Assembly: GCA_044866005.1 (NCBI GenBank)
Contig: JBIOTN010000089.1
Span: 1 to 63,510 of the forward strand
DNA from: Candidatus Rokuibacteriota bacterium
Lineage (GTDB): Bacteria; Methylomirabilota; Methylomirabilia; Rokubacteriales; DASRDR01
Direction: 5' to 3'
Length of the DNA stretch: 63,510 nt
Program-made: the position numbers and the translations under genes
Shown: in pieces, positions 9,116 to 19,509 of the stretch
Numbering within the stretch: the stretch's first letter is position 1
How the letters are laid out: each line of letters opens with the position of its first letter
Notes under the pieces: model-generated
Seen by the model: only the letters and a program-made list of their open reading frames with translations
Told to the model about the DNA's origin: nothing
Databases searched by the model: none

Positions 9116-10147
9116 TCAGACCCCGCCGAGCTCGGCCCGGACGAGGCGCGCGCCCGCGCACAGCGCCTCCAGCTTGGCCTGGGCGACCTCGCGCGTGAGG
9201 GGCGCCATGCCGCAGTTGGTGCAGGGGTACAGTCGCTCCGCCGGCACGAACTCGAGCAGGCGCCGGGTCAGCGCCGCGACTTCCTCGGGCGACTCGATCC
9301 GCTCGGTGGCGACGTCGATCACGCCGACCAGGACGTCCTTGCCCTCGAGGAGCCGGAGGAGGTCGGGGGGCACGCGGGAGTTCGCGCACTCGACCGAGAC
9401 CTGGTCGATTTGGCTCCGCGCGAGGAGCGGGAAGGTCCGCTCGTACTGGCGCCACTCGCGGCCCAGCGTCGCCTTCCACTCGACGTTCGCCCGGATGCCG
9501 TAGCCGTAACAGATGTGGACCGCTGTCCGGCAGCGGAGTCCCTTCGCGGCGCGCTCGAGCGCGCCGATGCCCCACGCCTCGACGTCGGAGAGATAGGTGT
9601 CGACGTTGAAGGCGGGCTCGTCGAACTGGATCACGTCCACGCCGAGCGTCGCCAGCTCGAGCGCCTCCTCGTTGATGGCCGCGGCGCAGTCCATGGCAAG
9701 CCGGGCACGGTCACGGTAGTACTCGTCCGCGACCGTGTCGACGAGTGTCATCGGACCCGGCATCGTGAACTTCAAGCGTCGGTCCGTGTTCGCGCGAGCC
9801 CAGCGCACCTCTTCGGCGTGCACCGACCGTCGCCGACGTACCGGCCCCATGACCGTCGGCACCTCGGCCTTGTAGCGATCGCCGCGGACGCCCACGAAGG
9901 TCCGGCGGCTCACGTCGATGCCCTCGAGACCCTCGGCGAAGCCGTGGACGAAGTGCTGGCGCGACTGCTCGCCGTCGGTGACGATGTCGATCCCCGCCCG
10001 CTCCTGGTCCCGGAGCGCGAGCAGCACGGCGTCGCGCTTCCCCTCGGCCAGGATGTCCGGAGACAGGCGCCAGGGTGCCCACAGGAGGTGGGGCGTGGCC
10101 AGCCAGGCGGGCTTCGGGAGGCTGCCGGCGATCGTCGTGTCCAGCAC
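9116..10147 (-). CDS. Short cobalamin-independent methionine synthase catalytic-domain protein (MesD-like)
   Basis: TTIAGSLPKPAWL, TDGEQSRQHFV, Zn ligands HIC..E..CTNCG. Confidence 0.85.
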   Translation of the reverse strand: MLDTTIAGSLPKPAWLATPHLLWAPWRLSPDILAEGKRDAVLLALRDQERAGIDIVTDGEQSRQHFVHGFAEGLEGIDVSRRTFVGVRGDRYKAEVPTVMGPVRRRRSVHAEEVRWARANTDRRLKFTMPGPMTLVDTVADEYYRDRARLAMDCAAAINEEALELATLGVDVIQFDEPAFNVDTYLSDVEAWGIGALERAAKGLRCRTAVHICYGYGIRANVEWKATLGREWRQYERTFPLLARSQIDQVSVECANSRVPPDLLRLLEGKDVLVGVIDVATERIESPEEVAALTRRLLEFVPAERLYPCTNCGMAPLTREVAQAKLEALCAGARLVRAELGGV

Positions 10148-10247
10148 CGCGGAGACCCTTTCTCGCGCGCTATTTAGCCCCGGCTCGCCGCCCAGTGTCA
10201 AGGCGCGCCGCGCGTCTCGACGCGCGCCGGCGCCCCGGGGGCGGCCT

Positions 10248-11564
10248 CTACTGCGCCCACTTGGCGAAGATCCGTTTCATCTCCGCCTCGGCCTGCTTCG
10301 CGGAGTCCTCCGGGCGCTGCTCCCCCTTCGCCACCCGGGCGAACATCCTGGGGATCACGAAGGTGTTGAACGCCTCATCGATCGCCGCGGTCGTGTAACC
10401 CGGAAAGCCCGGATACGCGCTCCACTTCTCGGCCTCTGCGAGGATCGAGTAGGCGTGGGGGTGGTACCGGTCCGCGGCGAGCTTCCCCTTGAGGTCGCTC
10501 ACCGACCGGGAGAAGGACGGGAAGTTGTAGAACTCGCTCGCCATGAACACGTCGTTGTACGCGGCGATCAGGTCGACGAGGAACTTCTTCGCCATCTCCT
10601 GGTTCTCGGCGAACTTCCAGATCACATAGCAGTGGAGCAGGTGCTCGGACGCCAGGCGCGCCCGCGGCCCGGCCGCCGGCGGCGCCAGCATCGTCTTCTT
10701 CGCCACCTCGGGCGCTTGCTTCTCGGCCGTGCGGATCGCGGAGATCGCGTTCTGGATGATGGAGCCCCTGCCCGAGACGAAGAAGCGGTTGTTCGACGAC
10801 GGATCCCAGCTGAAGACTTCCGAGGTCTCCGACTCCCTCAGGATCGCGGTCATGAGCTTGATCGCCTCGATCGTCGCCTTGGAGTTGATGGTGACGGCCC
10901 CGGCCTCGTCCTGCTCCGTCGCGCCGTACGACCACAGGAGGCCGCGGAGCATCATGTTGGTGTCGAGCTCCTGGGCCATGCCGAAGCCCGCCGGCGCGCC
11001 GTGCTTCTCCCGGATCTTCCTCGCGCCGTCCCGCACGTTGTCCCAGGTGTCGGGCTTGACGCCCACGTCGTCCCACCAGTCTTTCCGGTAGTGGAGCGGG
11101 TCCGGCACCCAGTTGTCGGAGAAGGCGAAGTACCGCCGGGTCTTCGGGTTGTACGTCGCCCGGTGGACGAGATTGGCGAGCCGGCCGAAGCGCCGCTCGC
11201 ACTCGCTCACGACGTCGTTCATGGGGGCGACGTGCTGCTCGTAGGCCGGAGCGGGATCGAGGAACCCGAAGAGGTCGTGCCCCTTCTGGACGGAGACCTC
11301 CGCGGCCGCGCGCGCCCGCAGGTCGTTGATCGAGATGTGGTCGACGACCACCTTGATCCCGTTCTTCTCCCCCCATGCTTTCGTGAACTTCTTGTCGAAC
11401 CAGTCGTCGAATGCGGGGACGAAGTGGGTCCACTGGGCGATCTTGAGCGTGTCGGAGCGGGCCTCTCCCCGACGGACGAGCACGGTCGGGACGAGACAGG
11501 CCGTGACCGCCGCGGCCGCGGTCGTCTCCAGGAAGCGTCGCCGCGTGACATGCTGCGCCCGCAT
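10248..11564 (-). CDS. Tat-exported carbohydrate-family ABC substrate-binding protein
   Basis: TRRRFL twin-arginine signal; QWTHFVPAFD; SBP family 1 features. Confidence 0.88.
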   Translation of the reverse strand: MRAQHVTRRRFLETTAAAAVTACLVPTVLVRRGEARSDTLKIAQWTHFVPAFDDWFDKKFTKAWGEKNGIKVVVDHISINDLRARAAAEVSVQKGHDLFGFLDPAPAYEQHVAPMNDVVSECERRFGRLANLVHRATYNPKTRRYFAFSDNWVPDPLHYRKDWWDDVGVKPDTWDNVRDGARKIREKHGAPAGFGMAQELDTNMMLRGLLWSYGATEQDEAGAVTINSKATIEAIKLMTAILRESETSEVFSWDPSSNNRFFVSGRGSIIQNAISAIRTAEKQAPEVAKKTMLAPPAAGPRARLASEHLLHCYVIWKFAENQEMAKKFLVDLIAAYNDVFMASEFYNFPSFSRSVSDLKGKLAADRYHPHAYSILAEAEKWSAYPGFPGYTTAAIDEAFNTFVIPRMFARVAKGEQRPEDSAKQAEAEMKRIFAKWAQ

Positions 11565-11706
11565 ACGGGGTTCTCCGTAGGGTTCGACGTGTCGAGACTC
11601 GCGCCGCCGCGGCCTCGAGCGGGCCACCGCTCGGGCCGTAGACTCTTATCGCGCCCGCGGCGGCAGACTGTCAAGGAGGTGGGTCCGGCCGTGCCGGCGC
11701 GCGCAA

Positions 11707-11736
11707 TTGACCGTCTTCGCAGCCCGGTGCTATGAT
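11707..11736 (+). promoter_or_regulatory. sigma70 promoter for dctP
   Basis: TTGACC-N18-TATGAT with TG extension. Confidence 0.6.
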
Positions 11737-11795
11737 CGCCGCACCCGAGCCCGCGGCCCGTGCCCGACCCCTCACCCTCTCACGCGGAGGTGCCC

Positions 11796-12890
11796 ATGGA
11801 GCGACGCAAATTCATCGTCAAGGCCGGGGGCGCTCTCGTCGCCGCCGGCGCGGCCGCCGTCGTCGAGGCGCCGAACGTCATCGCGCAGCAGCACTTCCAG
11901 TGGCGCATGCCGACGAGCTGGACGCCCGCGCTCGACGTCCTGCAGGGCAACGCGCAGCGCTTTTCCAAGATGGTGGACGAGATGAGCGCGGGCCGCCTGA
12001 AGATCCAGGTCTACGCGGCCGGCGAGCTGATCCCCGCCTTCGGCGTCTTCGACGCCTGCTCGCAGGGGACGGTCGAGTGCTACAACAGCGCGGCCTACTA
12101 CTGGGCGGGCAAGGAACCGGCGAGCCAGTGGTTCACGGCCGTCCCCTTCGGGATGAACCCGCAGGGCCAGTACGACTGGTACTACTTCGGCGACGGCCTC
12201 AAGCTCTGGGAGGAGACGTACAAACCGTTCAACATGGTCCCGCGCCCGTCGGCCTCGACCGGCGTGCAGATGGGCGGCTGGTTCCGGAAGAAGATCAACA
12301 CGATCGCCGACTACCGGGGCCTCAAGTTCCGCATCCCGGGCTTGGGCGGCAAGGTCATCAGCAAGGCCGGGGCCACGGTCGTGCTCACCCCCGGTGGCGA
12401 GATCTACACGGCGCTCGAGCGCGGCACCATCGACGGCTCGGAATGGGTCGGGCCGCACGATGACATGAAGCTCGGGCTGCACCAGACCGCGCGCTACTAC
12501 TACTACCCCGGCTGGCACGAGCCCGGGACGACCGGCGAGTTCGTCTTCAACATGAAGGCGTACCAGTCGCTCCCGGTAGACATCCAGCGCATCCTCGACT
12601 ACGCGGCGACGGCCATGCACACGCTCGAATTCGGCGAGTACGACGCGAGGAACATCGTCGCGCTCCAGAAGCTGCGCACGGAGTTCAAGACCAAGGTCGA
12701 GATCGTGCCGTTCCCGGCGGAAGTGATGAAGGAGCTGAAGAAGCTCGCCGCCGAGGTGAACAAGGAGGAGTCCGAGAAGACCCCGATCGCCAAGAAGGTC
12801 TACGAGTCGTATAACAAGTTCCAGGCGGGTCTCCAGTCCTGGCACGTCATGACGGAGGCCGCCTACCAGAACCTCATCGCGGCTGTCTGA
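11796..12890 (+). CDS. dctP: TRAP substrate-binding protein (TakP-like)
   Basis: Tat signal ERRKF, APNVIAQ, YYWAGK, QMGGWF, GWHEPG. Confidence 0.93.
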   Translation: MERRKFIVKAGGALVAAGAAAVVEAPNVIAQQHFQWRMPTSWTPALDVLQGNAQRFSKMVDEMSAGRLKIQVYAAGELIPAFGVFDACSQGTVECYNSAAYYWAGKEPASQWFTAVPFGMNPQGQYDWYYFGDGLKLWEETYKPFNMVPRPSASTGVQMGGWFRKKINTIADYRGLKFRIPGLGGKVISKAGATVVLTPGGEIYTALERGTIDGSEWVGPHDDMKLGLHQTARYYYYPGWHEPGTTGEFVFNMKAYQSLPVDIQRILDYAATAMHTLEFGEYDARNIVALQKLRTEFKTKVEIVPFPAEVMKELKKLAAEVNKEESEKTPIAKKVYESYNKFQAGLQSWHVMTEAAYQNLIAAV

Positions 12891-12913
12891 CGCCCGGCGC
12901 GGACGGAGATAGG

Positions 12914-12945
12914 ATGACGGCGGAGCGTCGCGGCTCCGCCGTCGT
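12914..12945. terminator. Hairpin between convergent dctP and dctM
   Basis: GACGGCGGAGC-gtcgcg-GCTCCGCCGTC 11-bp stem. Confidence 0.5.
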
Positions 12946-13035
12946 CGGTCTCACGGCCCGCATCCGACGGCGCCGCCTCCCCCGGTCTCCCGCCGCGCCC
13001 CCCGGCCCCCGCGCGGCGGCCCCCCTTCCGCCCGG

Positions 13036-14370
13036 CTATCCCCGGAAGTACCGGATCAAAGCGAAGACGACGTCGGGGAACGCGATGATGAGGGTGAGCC
13101 CGATGACCTGGAGGGCGATGAACGGCACGACACCGCGGTAGATGTCCGCGGTCGCGATCTCGGGCGGGGCGACCCCGCGGAGATAGAAGAGGGCGAAGCC
13201 GAACGGCGGCGTCAGGAACGAGGTCTGGAGGTTCACCCCGATCACGACGCCGAGCCACACCGGGTCGAAGCCGAAGTGGGTGACCAGGACCGGCGTGAGG
13301 ATCGGCACGTGGATGAAGCAGATCTCGAAGAAGTCGATGAAGAAGCCGAGGAAGAAGATGACCGCCATGACGACGGCGAGCACGCCGTAGCCGCCGAAGG
13401 GCAGGTTCAGGAGGAGGTCCTGGACGAGCCGGTCGCCGTTCAGGCCGCGGAAGACGAGGCCGAACGTGTTCGCGCCGATCAGGATGATGAAGGACAGGCT
13501 CGTGATCCGCGTCGTCGTCCGGGTCACCTCCTTGAGCATCTGCATGGAGAACCGCCCCTTGACGATCGTGAGGATGAGCCCCCCGGCGGCCCCCACGGCG
13601 GCGCCCTCCGTGGGCGACGCGATGCCCCAGAAGATCGACCCCAGGACGGCCACGATCAGCACCAGCGCCGGCGCCAGGGCGATGGCGACACGCCGGACGG
13701 CCTGCGCCCGGAACGCCGCCACTTCCGCCTCCGGGATGGGCGGGCAGAGATGCGGCTTCCACTGGCCGAGAATGGTGAGATAGACGATGTAGAGCCCGAC
13801 CAGGACGAAGCCGGGCAGGAACGCCCCGATGTAGAGGTCGCCCACCGACACGCCCAGGATGTCGCCGAGCAGGATGAGGATGACGCTGGGGGGGATGATC
13901 TGGCCCAGCGTGCCCGACGCGCAGATGGTCCCCGTGATGAGCCGCCTGTCGTACCCGCGCCGCAGCATCGTGGGGAGCGAGACGAGCCCCATGGTGATCA
14001 CGCTCGCGCCCACGATCCCCGTCGAGGCGGCGAGGATCGCGCCCACCACGACCACCGAGATCGCGATTCCGCCCCGCAGCCGACCGAACAGGAGCGCCAT
14101 CGTCTCCAGCAGCTCCTCGGCGAGCCCGGACTTCTCCAGGGCGACCCCCATGAAGACGAAGAGGGGGACCGCGGTCAGCGTGAAGTTCGTCATCGTCCCC
14201 CAGATGCGCAGGGGAAGCAGGTCGAAGAACGGCAAGCCGAAGCCGATGAGCCCGAAGAAGAGCCCCGTGAAGGTGAGGCTGAACGCGACGGGGAAGCCGA
14301 AGAAGAGGAAGACGATCATGCCGATGAAGGTCATCGCGCCGAGCGTCTGGTCCCAGGGCAGGCCGAACAT
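13036..14370 (-). CDS. dctM: TRAP large permease
   Basis: ASGTLGQIIPPS, ASPTEGAAVG, QTSFLTPPFGFALFYL. Confidence 0.93.
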   Translation of the reverse strand: MFGLPWDQTLGAMTFIGMIVFLFFGFPVAFSLTFTGLFFGLIGFGLPFFDLLPLRIWGTMTNFTLTAVPLFVFMGVALEKSGLAEELLETMALLFGRLRGGIAISVVVVGAILAASTGIVGASVITMGLVSLPTMLRRGYDRRLITGTICASGTLGQIIPPSVILILLGDILGVSVGDLYIGAFLPGFVLVGLYIVYLTILGQWKPHLCPPIPEAEVAAFRAQAVRRVAIALAPALVLIVAVLGSIFWGIASPTEGAAVGAAGGLILTIVKGRFSMQMLKEVTRTTTRITSLSFIILIGANTFGLVFRGLNGDRLVQDLLLNLPFGGYGVLAVVMAVIFFLGFFIDFFEICFIHVPILTPVLVTHFGFDPVWLGVVIGVNLQTSFLTPPFGFALFYLRGVAPPEIATADIYRGVVPFIALQVIGLTLIIAFPDVVFALIRYFRG

Positions 14371-14900
14371 CAGAGGATCTCCTGGGCCCGCGCGGCCGGC
14401 TTCTCCCAGCCCATGGCCCAGTAGAAGTTCTTGATGGCCTGCGAGACGCCCTGGAGGATCAGCAGGCCGAAGCCGACGAGGATGACGCCCTTGTAGGCCC
14501 AGCGCGCCGGGATGCCGCCCGGATCCGGCGACCCTTCGTTCACCGCGAAGGAGTGCTTCACGAACGGCCAGGTGGTGTACAGGACGAGGAGGGCGGTCGG
14601 AAAGAACATCACGATCAGCAGGACGAGGTCGGTCCAAGCCTTCCGGCGCGGCGACCACTTCGAGTAGAGGATGTCGATGCGTACGTGCTCGTTGTAGAGC
14701 ATGGTGTAGCCGGCCGCGAGGAGGTAGACCAGCCCGAAGAGGTGCCACTCCAGCTCCTGCACCAGCACCCAGCTCCGGTTGAAGAGGTAGCGGAAGATGA
14801 CGTCGCCGAAGACGACGACGACCATCCCGAACATGAGCCAGGAGACGGCGCGCCCGAAGCGCTCCTGGAACGCGTCGATCCGGCGGGCCAGCTCACGCAC
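14370..14900 (-). CDS. dctQ: TRAP small permease
   Basis: QELEWHL, HVRIDILY, SPDPGGIP; GTG at 14900 with GGAGG. Confidence 0.9.
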   Translation of the reverse strand: MRELARRIDAFQERFGRAVSWLMFGMVVVVFGDVIFRYLFNRSWVLVQELEWHLFGLVYLLAAGYTMLYNEHVRIDILYSKWSPRRKAWTDLVLLIVMFFPTALLVLYTTWPFVKHSFAVNEGSPDPGGIPARWAYKGVILVGFGLLILQGVSQAIKNFYWAMGWEKPAARAQEIL

Positions 14901-15332
14901 GCACGGGCCCTCCTCCCACAGCCGGCGGCAAAAGGGAGCGGCGGGACGCAAACGCGGCGATTCTAGCACGAGGGCCCGCGAGCCAGGTCCCTCGCGCCGG
15001 CGGGAGGGCCGCCTCGCCGTCGGCCTCCCCGGGGGCGGTGCCGGGAGAGGCCGGCTGGTCCCGGACCGCGCGCCGCGCCGCCGGGGACGCACGCCGCTCT
15101 CGCCCGCCGGACCGCAGCCGTCCCGCGTTCCGCTTCCGTCGTTCTCCGACGAACAGCCGCGACCGCGCGGCGACGCCGCGTGCCCGGGGCCCCGCCTGCC
15201 AGGCGGCCCGCGGGCGGCCGCGGCCCTGGCACCCCGGGTTTCAGCGTCACCCGCGCGCCCCGCTGCCGTCATCTCGCTGGTATGACTCTTGCTAACTTCG
15301 GATCCGACCGGTGCGAAGCGGAGGGGGCGCAG

Positions 15333-17102
15333 GTGGCGAAGACGGAACAAGACCTCGACCGGCGTCGACGCCCCGCCCGCCGCGCGACTTCCCGGCTCTC
15401 AGCGAGCGCCGCCGTCGTCAAGACGCTGGACCGGCTCGGCGCTCTGGTCGGGCTCGACGCGGGATGGGTGGTGCGCTCGGCCACGCCCGGGCTCGAGCAG
15501 CTCACCGGGACCCCACGCGAGCACGCCCTCGGCCGCTCGCTCCGCACGCTGCTCGCCCCGAGGGGCGCCGAGGAGACGATCGCCGCGCTCGCGAAGGCGG
15601 TCCAGGCGCCGAGCCCGACCGCCGTCCTGGGGACCCTTCGCGACGGCCGCCCCGTGGTGCTCGTCCCCGTGGCGCATCCGGCCCCCAGCGCCGAGATCTA
15701 CCTGGTGGTCTGCGACCTCCGGCCAGGCCAGGACGCCCGCGGCGCGCGCGAGGCGCCCGACAGGCCGGACCGGCTGCCGGACAGCAGCGAGGTCTTCCGC
15801 GCGCGCCTGGTGGGCGTGGAGGAGGAGCTTGGCGAGGCCGCGGTCCTCCTCGAGATCGCCGAAGACCTCGCCGCCTCGCTCGAGCTCGACATGGTGCTGC
15901 CGCGCGTGGTGGAGCACGCCGCGCGCCTGTGCCGGGCCGACGTCGTCGGGCTCGAGCTCGTCGATCCCGAGACCAGCCGCTTCGCCGTCGCCGCCGTCTC
16001 AGGCGCTGGCCAGCTCCCGCGTCCCGGCGCCGCGGAGCCGCCGGGGGACCCGCTCGCCGGACACGCCATCGCCGCGCGGGTGCCCGTCATGGGCACGGGT
16101 CGGGACGAGGGGCGACGCTACGCCCCTTACCTCCCCGACGCCGCGACGGCGCGCTTCCGGGCGAGCCTGGCCGTGCCCCTCGTCGCCGACGCGCGAGTGC
16201 TGGGGGCGCTCGTGTTCTGCCGGCGCGCCGCGCGGCCCTTCGGCTCGCTCGAGCGTCAGCGCGCGGAGCGGCTGGCTCGGCATGCGGCCTTGGCGATCCG
16301 GAACGCGCGCCTGCACGGCGAGCTCGAGCGGCGGATGGACGAGCTGCGGCGGGCCCAGGCCCAGGTCGTCCAGGCCGAGAAGCTGGCCGCGGTGGGTCGC
16401 CTCGCCGCGGGCGCGGCGCACGAGATCAACAACCCCCTGGCGGCGATCGTGGGCAACGCCGAGCTGCTCCTCCGCCGCGAGATCCTGACCAAGTCGGCCT
16501 CGGAGCGCGTGGAGCGAATCCTCCAGGGCGCGTATCGCGCCGCCCGCATCATCAAGCACCTGCTCGCCTTCGTGCGCGCGCACCCCCCGGACCTTCGACT
16601 GACCGATGTCCCGGCAGTGCTCCGGGACGCGGTGGCCGGCCGCGCCCGGGACCTCGAGCTGGACCACGTCGCCGTCGTGGACGAGATGGGCGTGCTCCCC
16701 GCCGTGGTCGCGGATCCGCAACAGCTCGGCCAGGTCTTCGCCAACATCCTCGACAACGCCCTCGACGCCGTGACGGTGGCCCTCGGGACGGAGGGTCGCA
16801 CGATCCGGTTGACGGGCCGGGTGGTGGGCGATCGGGTCGAGGTCCGCATCGAGAATTCGGGGCTGCCGATCGCCGAGGCCACGCTCCCCAAGATCTTCGA
16901 CCCGTTCTTCACGACGAAGGCGGTGGGCCGTGGCGCCGGGCTCGGCCTTTCCGTCTGTCAGGGCATCGTCTCGGCCCACGGCGGGCACATCCACGCCGAG
17001 AACGTGCCGCACGGCGTCGCCCTCGTGGTGGAGCTGCCGCTCGCGGGCCCGTCCGCCGACGCAGCGGACACGGCGCCGCCGGCCCTGGCCCGCGGGGCCT
17101 GA
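15333..17102 (+). CDS. PAS/GAF sensor histidine kinase (NtrB-like); start uncertain
   Basis: EKLAAVGRLAAGAAHEINNPL H-box, N-box NILDNA, FDPFFTTK, GAGLGLS. Confidence 0.9.
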   Translation: MAKTEQDLDRRRRPARRATSRLSASAAVVKTLDRLGALVGLDAGWVVRSATPGLEQLTGTPREHALGRSLRTLLAPRGAEETIAALAKAVQAPSPTAVLGTLRDGRPVVLVPVAHPAPSAEIYLVVCDLRPGQDARGAREAPDRPDRLPDSSEVFRARLVGVEEELGEAAVLLEIAEDLAASLELDMVLPRVVEHAARLCRADVVGLELVDPETSRFAVAAVSGAGQLPRPGAAEPPGDPLAGHAIAARVPVMGTGRDEGRRYAPYLPDAATARFRASLAVPLVADARVLGALVFCRRAARPFGSLERQRAERLARHAALAIRNARLHGELERRMDELRRAQAQVVQAEKLAAVGRLAAGAAHEINNPLAAIVGNAELLLRREILTKSASERVERILQGAYRAARIIKHLLAFVRAHPPDLRLTDVPAVLRDAVAGRARDLELDHVAVVDEMGVLPAVVADPQQLGQVFANILDNALDAVTVALGTEGRTIRLTGRVVGDRVEVRIENSGLPIAEATLPKIFDPFFTTKAVGRGAGLGLSVCQGIVSAHGGHIHAENVPHGVALVVELPLAGPSADAADTAPPALARGA

Positions 17103-17162
17103 GTCCCGCCCCGCGCGGTCCGGTCTCTTGACACCGCGCGAGGCGCCCGTCAGAGTGGCGCC

Positions 17163-18419
17163 GTGCGGGGCCAGACACGAGTCGGGATCCAGGCCGACGA
17201 CCTCACCGGCGCGTGCGACACGGGCGCGGTCTTCGCGGCCCGCGGGCTCGACACCGTCGTGCTCCTCCCGGAGGCGCCCGAGCCGGCCCGCGCGCCGGCC
17301 ATCCTCGTCCTCGACACCGAGACCCGCGACCTGACCGAGCCGGAGGCGCGCACGCGCGCGCGGACGGCAGCGGCACGCCTCGCGGCCCGCCGGCCCGTCA
17401 CCCTCTACAAGAAGGTGGACTCCACGCTCCGCGGCGCCGTCGCGGCCGAGCTCGGCGGCGTGCTGGAAGGCGCGGGGCTCGCCCGGGCGGTGCTCGCGCC
17501 CGCCTTCCCGGCGCAGGGGCGCACGGTCGTGGACGCGGTCGTGCGGCTGGCGGGCCGACCGGCGAGCGAGACGGCGATCGCGCACGACCCTGCCTTTCCG
17601 GCAACGGGGGCGAGCGTGCTCGCCCTGCTGGGCATCGGCGGCCTGCGTCCGGCCGCCGCGGTCCCGCTCGCCCTCATCCGTGAGGGGCGGGCGGCGGTCG
17701 CGGCCCGGCTCGGGCGGTTCGACGGCGCCTTCGTCTGCGACGGCGAAACGGATGCGGACCTGACCGTCGTCGCCACCGCCAGTGAAGGCCGTCCCGTCCT
17801 CCTGGCCGGCTCCGCCGGGCTCGCCGCCGCCCTCGCCCGGTGCATCGCGTCGGGCCCGAGTCGCCGGCCCGCCCGCCTGGCCCTGCCGCTCCTGGTCGTC
17901 GCGGGAAGCGCGCACGCCGCGACGCAGGCGCAGGTCGCCCGGCTGGCCGAAGCCGGCGTCGGCGGCCACTGGCTCGACGTCGACGGTCGCGTGGTCGACA
18001 GCCGGGATCCGCGCCCGCGCGGCCGCGCCTCCTTGGGCTCGTCCGTCCCGGACAGCGCCTTCGTCGCGCTCGCGCCCCGGCCGGCCGGCGGCGCGCCGGG
18101 CTGGCGCGAGCGCGCGGTGACCGCGCTCGCCGCCGCCGCGCGCGAGCGCCTCGAGACCGACGGGCGCGTCGGGGGGCCGGGCGGGACGGGCACGCTCCTC
18201 CTGACGGGCGGCGAGACCGCCGCCGGCGTCTGTCGCGCCCTCGGCGCCACGGGGCTCGCGCTGGCCGGCGAAGTCGAGCCGGGGCTCGCGCTCGGCACGT
18301 TGCTCGACGGCCCCTTCGCCGGGCTGGCCGTGGTCACGAAAGCCGGCGGCTTCGGCGATCCCGAGACGCTCGTGCGGGTCCAGGGCGCCTGTCAGCGGCG
18401 GGAGGCGGCCCGTCGATGA
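17163..18419 (+). CDS. Four-carbon acid sugar kinase family (DUF1537, DtnK/DenK-like)
   Basis: ADDLTGACD, YKKVDSTLRG, PAFPAQGR, TGGETA, TKAGGFG. Confidence 0.9.
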   Translation: MRGQTRVGIQADDLTGACDTGAVFAARGLDTVVLLPEAPEPARAPAILVLDTETRDLTEPEARTRARTAAARLAARRPVTLYKKVDSTLRGAVAAELGGVLEGAGLARAVLAPAFPAQGRTVVDAVVRLAGRPASETAIAHDPAFPATGASVLALLGIGGLRPAAAVPLALIREGRAAVAARLGRFDGAFVCDGETDADLTVVATASEGRPVLLAGSAGLAAALARCIASGPSRRPARLALPLLVVAGSAHAATQAQVARLAEAGVGGHWLDVDGRVVDSRDPRPRGRASLGSSVPDSAFVALAPRPAGGAPGWRERAVTALAAAARERLETDGRVGGPGGTGTLLLTGGETAAGVCRALGATGLALAGEVEPGLALGTLLDGPFAGLAVVTKAGGFGDPETLVRVQGACQRREAARR

Positions 18420-18468
18420 GCGGCCCCGGGCCGCCCATGCCCGGACATCCGTCGCGCGGGCTAGGCCA

Positions 18469-19509
18469 GTGAGCGGACCGATCCTCGGCATCACGATGGG
18501 CGACCCGGCGGGCATCGGGCCCGAGATCGCGGCGAAGGCGCTCGCCGACGACGAGGTACGGCAAGCCGGCCGCCCGCTGGTGATCGGCGACGCCCGCACG
18601 ATCGTGGCAGCCGCCCGCCTGGCCGGCGTCGGCCTCGCCGTCCGGCCGGTGGAGCGGGTCACGGACGCCCTGTGGCACCGCGACGTCATCGAGGTGCTCG
18701 ACCTCGCCAACGTGGACACCGCGACGTTCGCCTTCGGCCGAGTGAGCGCCATGTGCGGTCGCGCCGCCTACGAGTACGTCGAGCGGGGCGCCAAGCTCGC
18801 CCTCGCCCGCGAGATCGACGCGGTCGTCACGGGGCCCATCAGCAAGGAGGCGCTCGCCGCGGCGGGCCTGCCGCATTCCGGGCACACGGAGATCCTGGCC
18901 GACCTGACCGGGACGCGCGCCTACGCCATGCTCCTGATGGGGCGGGAGCTCCGCGTGATCCACGTGACCACGCACGTCGCGCTGCGCCGGGTGCCCGAGC
19001 TCGTGACGCGCGAGCGCGTGCTGCGGACGATCCGACTCGGCCACGAGGCGATGCGGCGCCTCGGGCTCACGGCCCCGCGCCTGGCCGTCTGCGGCCTCAA
19101 CCCGCACGCGGGCGAGAGCGGGCTCTTCGGCGACGAGGAGCCGACGGCCATCGAGCCCGCGATCGCCGACGCTCGGGCGGAGGGGATCGACGCGACCGGA
19201 CCCTATCCGGCCGACACCTTGATGAGTCGTGCGCGCGGCGGCGAATTCGACTGCGTGGTGGCCATGTACCACGACCAGGGACACACGCCGGTCAAGACGC
19301 TCGGCTTCCGCTACGACGACACCAGGAAGGCCTGGACCGGCATGAGCGGGGTCAACGTGACCGTGGGGCTGCCCATCCTCCGCGTATCGGTGGACCACGG
19401 CACGGCCTTCGACCGCGCGGGCCAGGGCACCGCGAACCCGGAGAGCATGGTGGAGGCGATCCTCGTGGCCGCCCGGATGGCGCGCCCCGAGCGGCCCAGC
19501 CACCCATGA
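18469..19509 (+). CDS. pdxA: PdxA/PdxA2-family dehydrogenase
   Basis: MGDPAGIGPE, GHTE, NPHAGE, MYHDQG, SVDHGTAFD. Confidence 0.93.
   Translation: MSGPILGITMGDPAGIGPEIAAKALADDEVRQAGRPLVIGDARTIVAAARLAGVGLAVRPVERVTDALWHRDVIEVLDLANVDTATFAFGRVSAMCGRAAYEYVERGAKLALAREIDAVVTGPISKEALAAAGLPHSGHTEILADLTGTRAYAMLLMGRELRVIHVTTHVALRRVPELVTRERVLRTIRLGHEAMRRLGLTAPRLAVCGLNPHAGESGLFGDEEPTAIEPAIADARAEGIDATGPYPADTLMSRARGGEFDCVVAMYHDQGHTPVKTLGFRYDDTRKAWTGMSGVNVTVGLPILRVSVDHGTAFDRAGQGTANPESMVEAILVAARMARPERPSHP

Noticed and set aside
10148..10247. SAM or cobalamin riboswitch before the methionine synthase-like gene
   Set aside because: Region is short and lacks the conserved aptamer sequences
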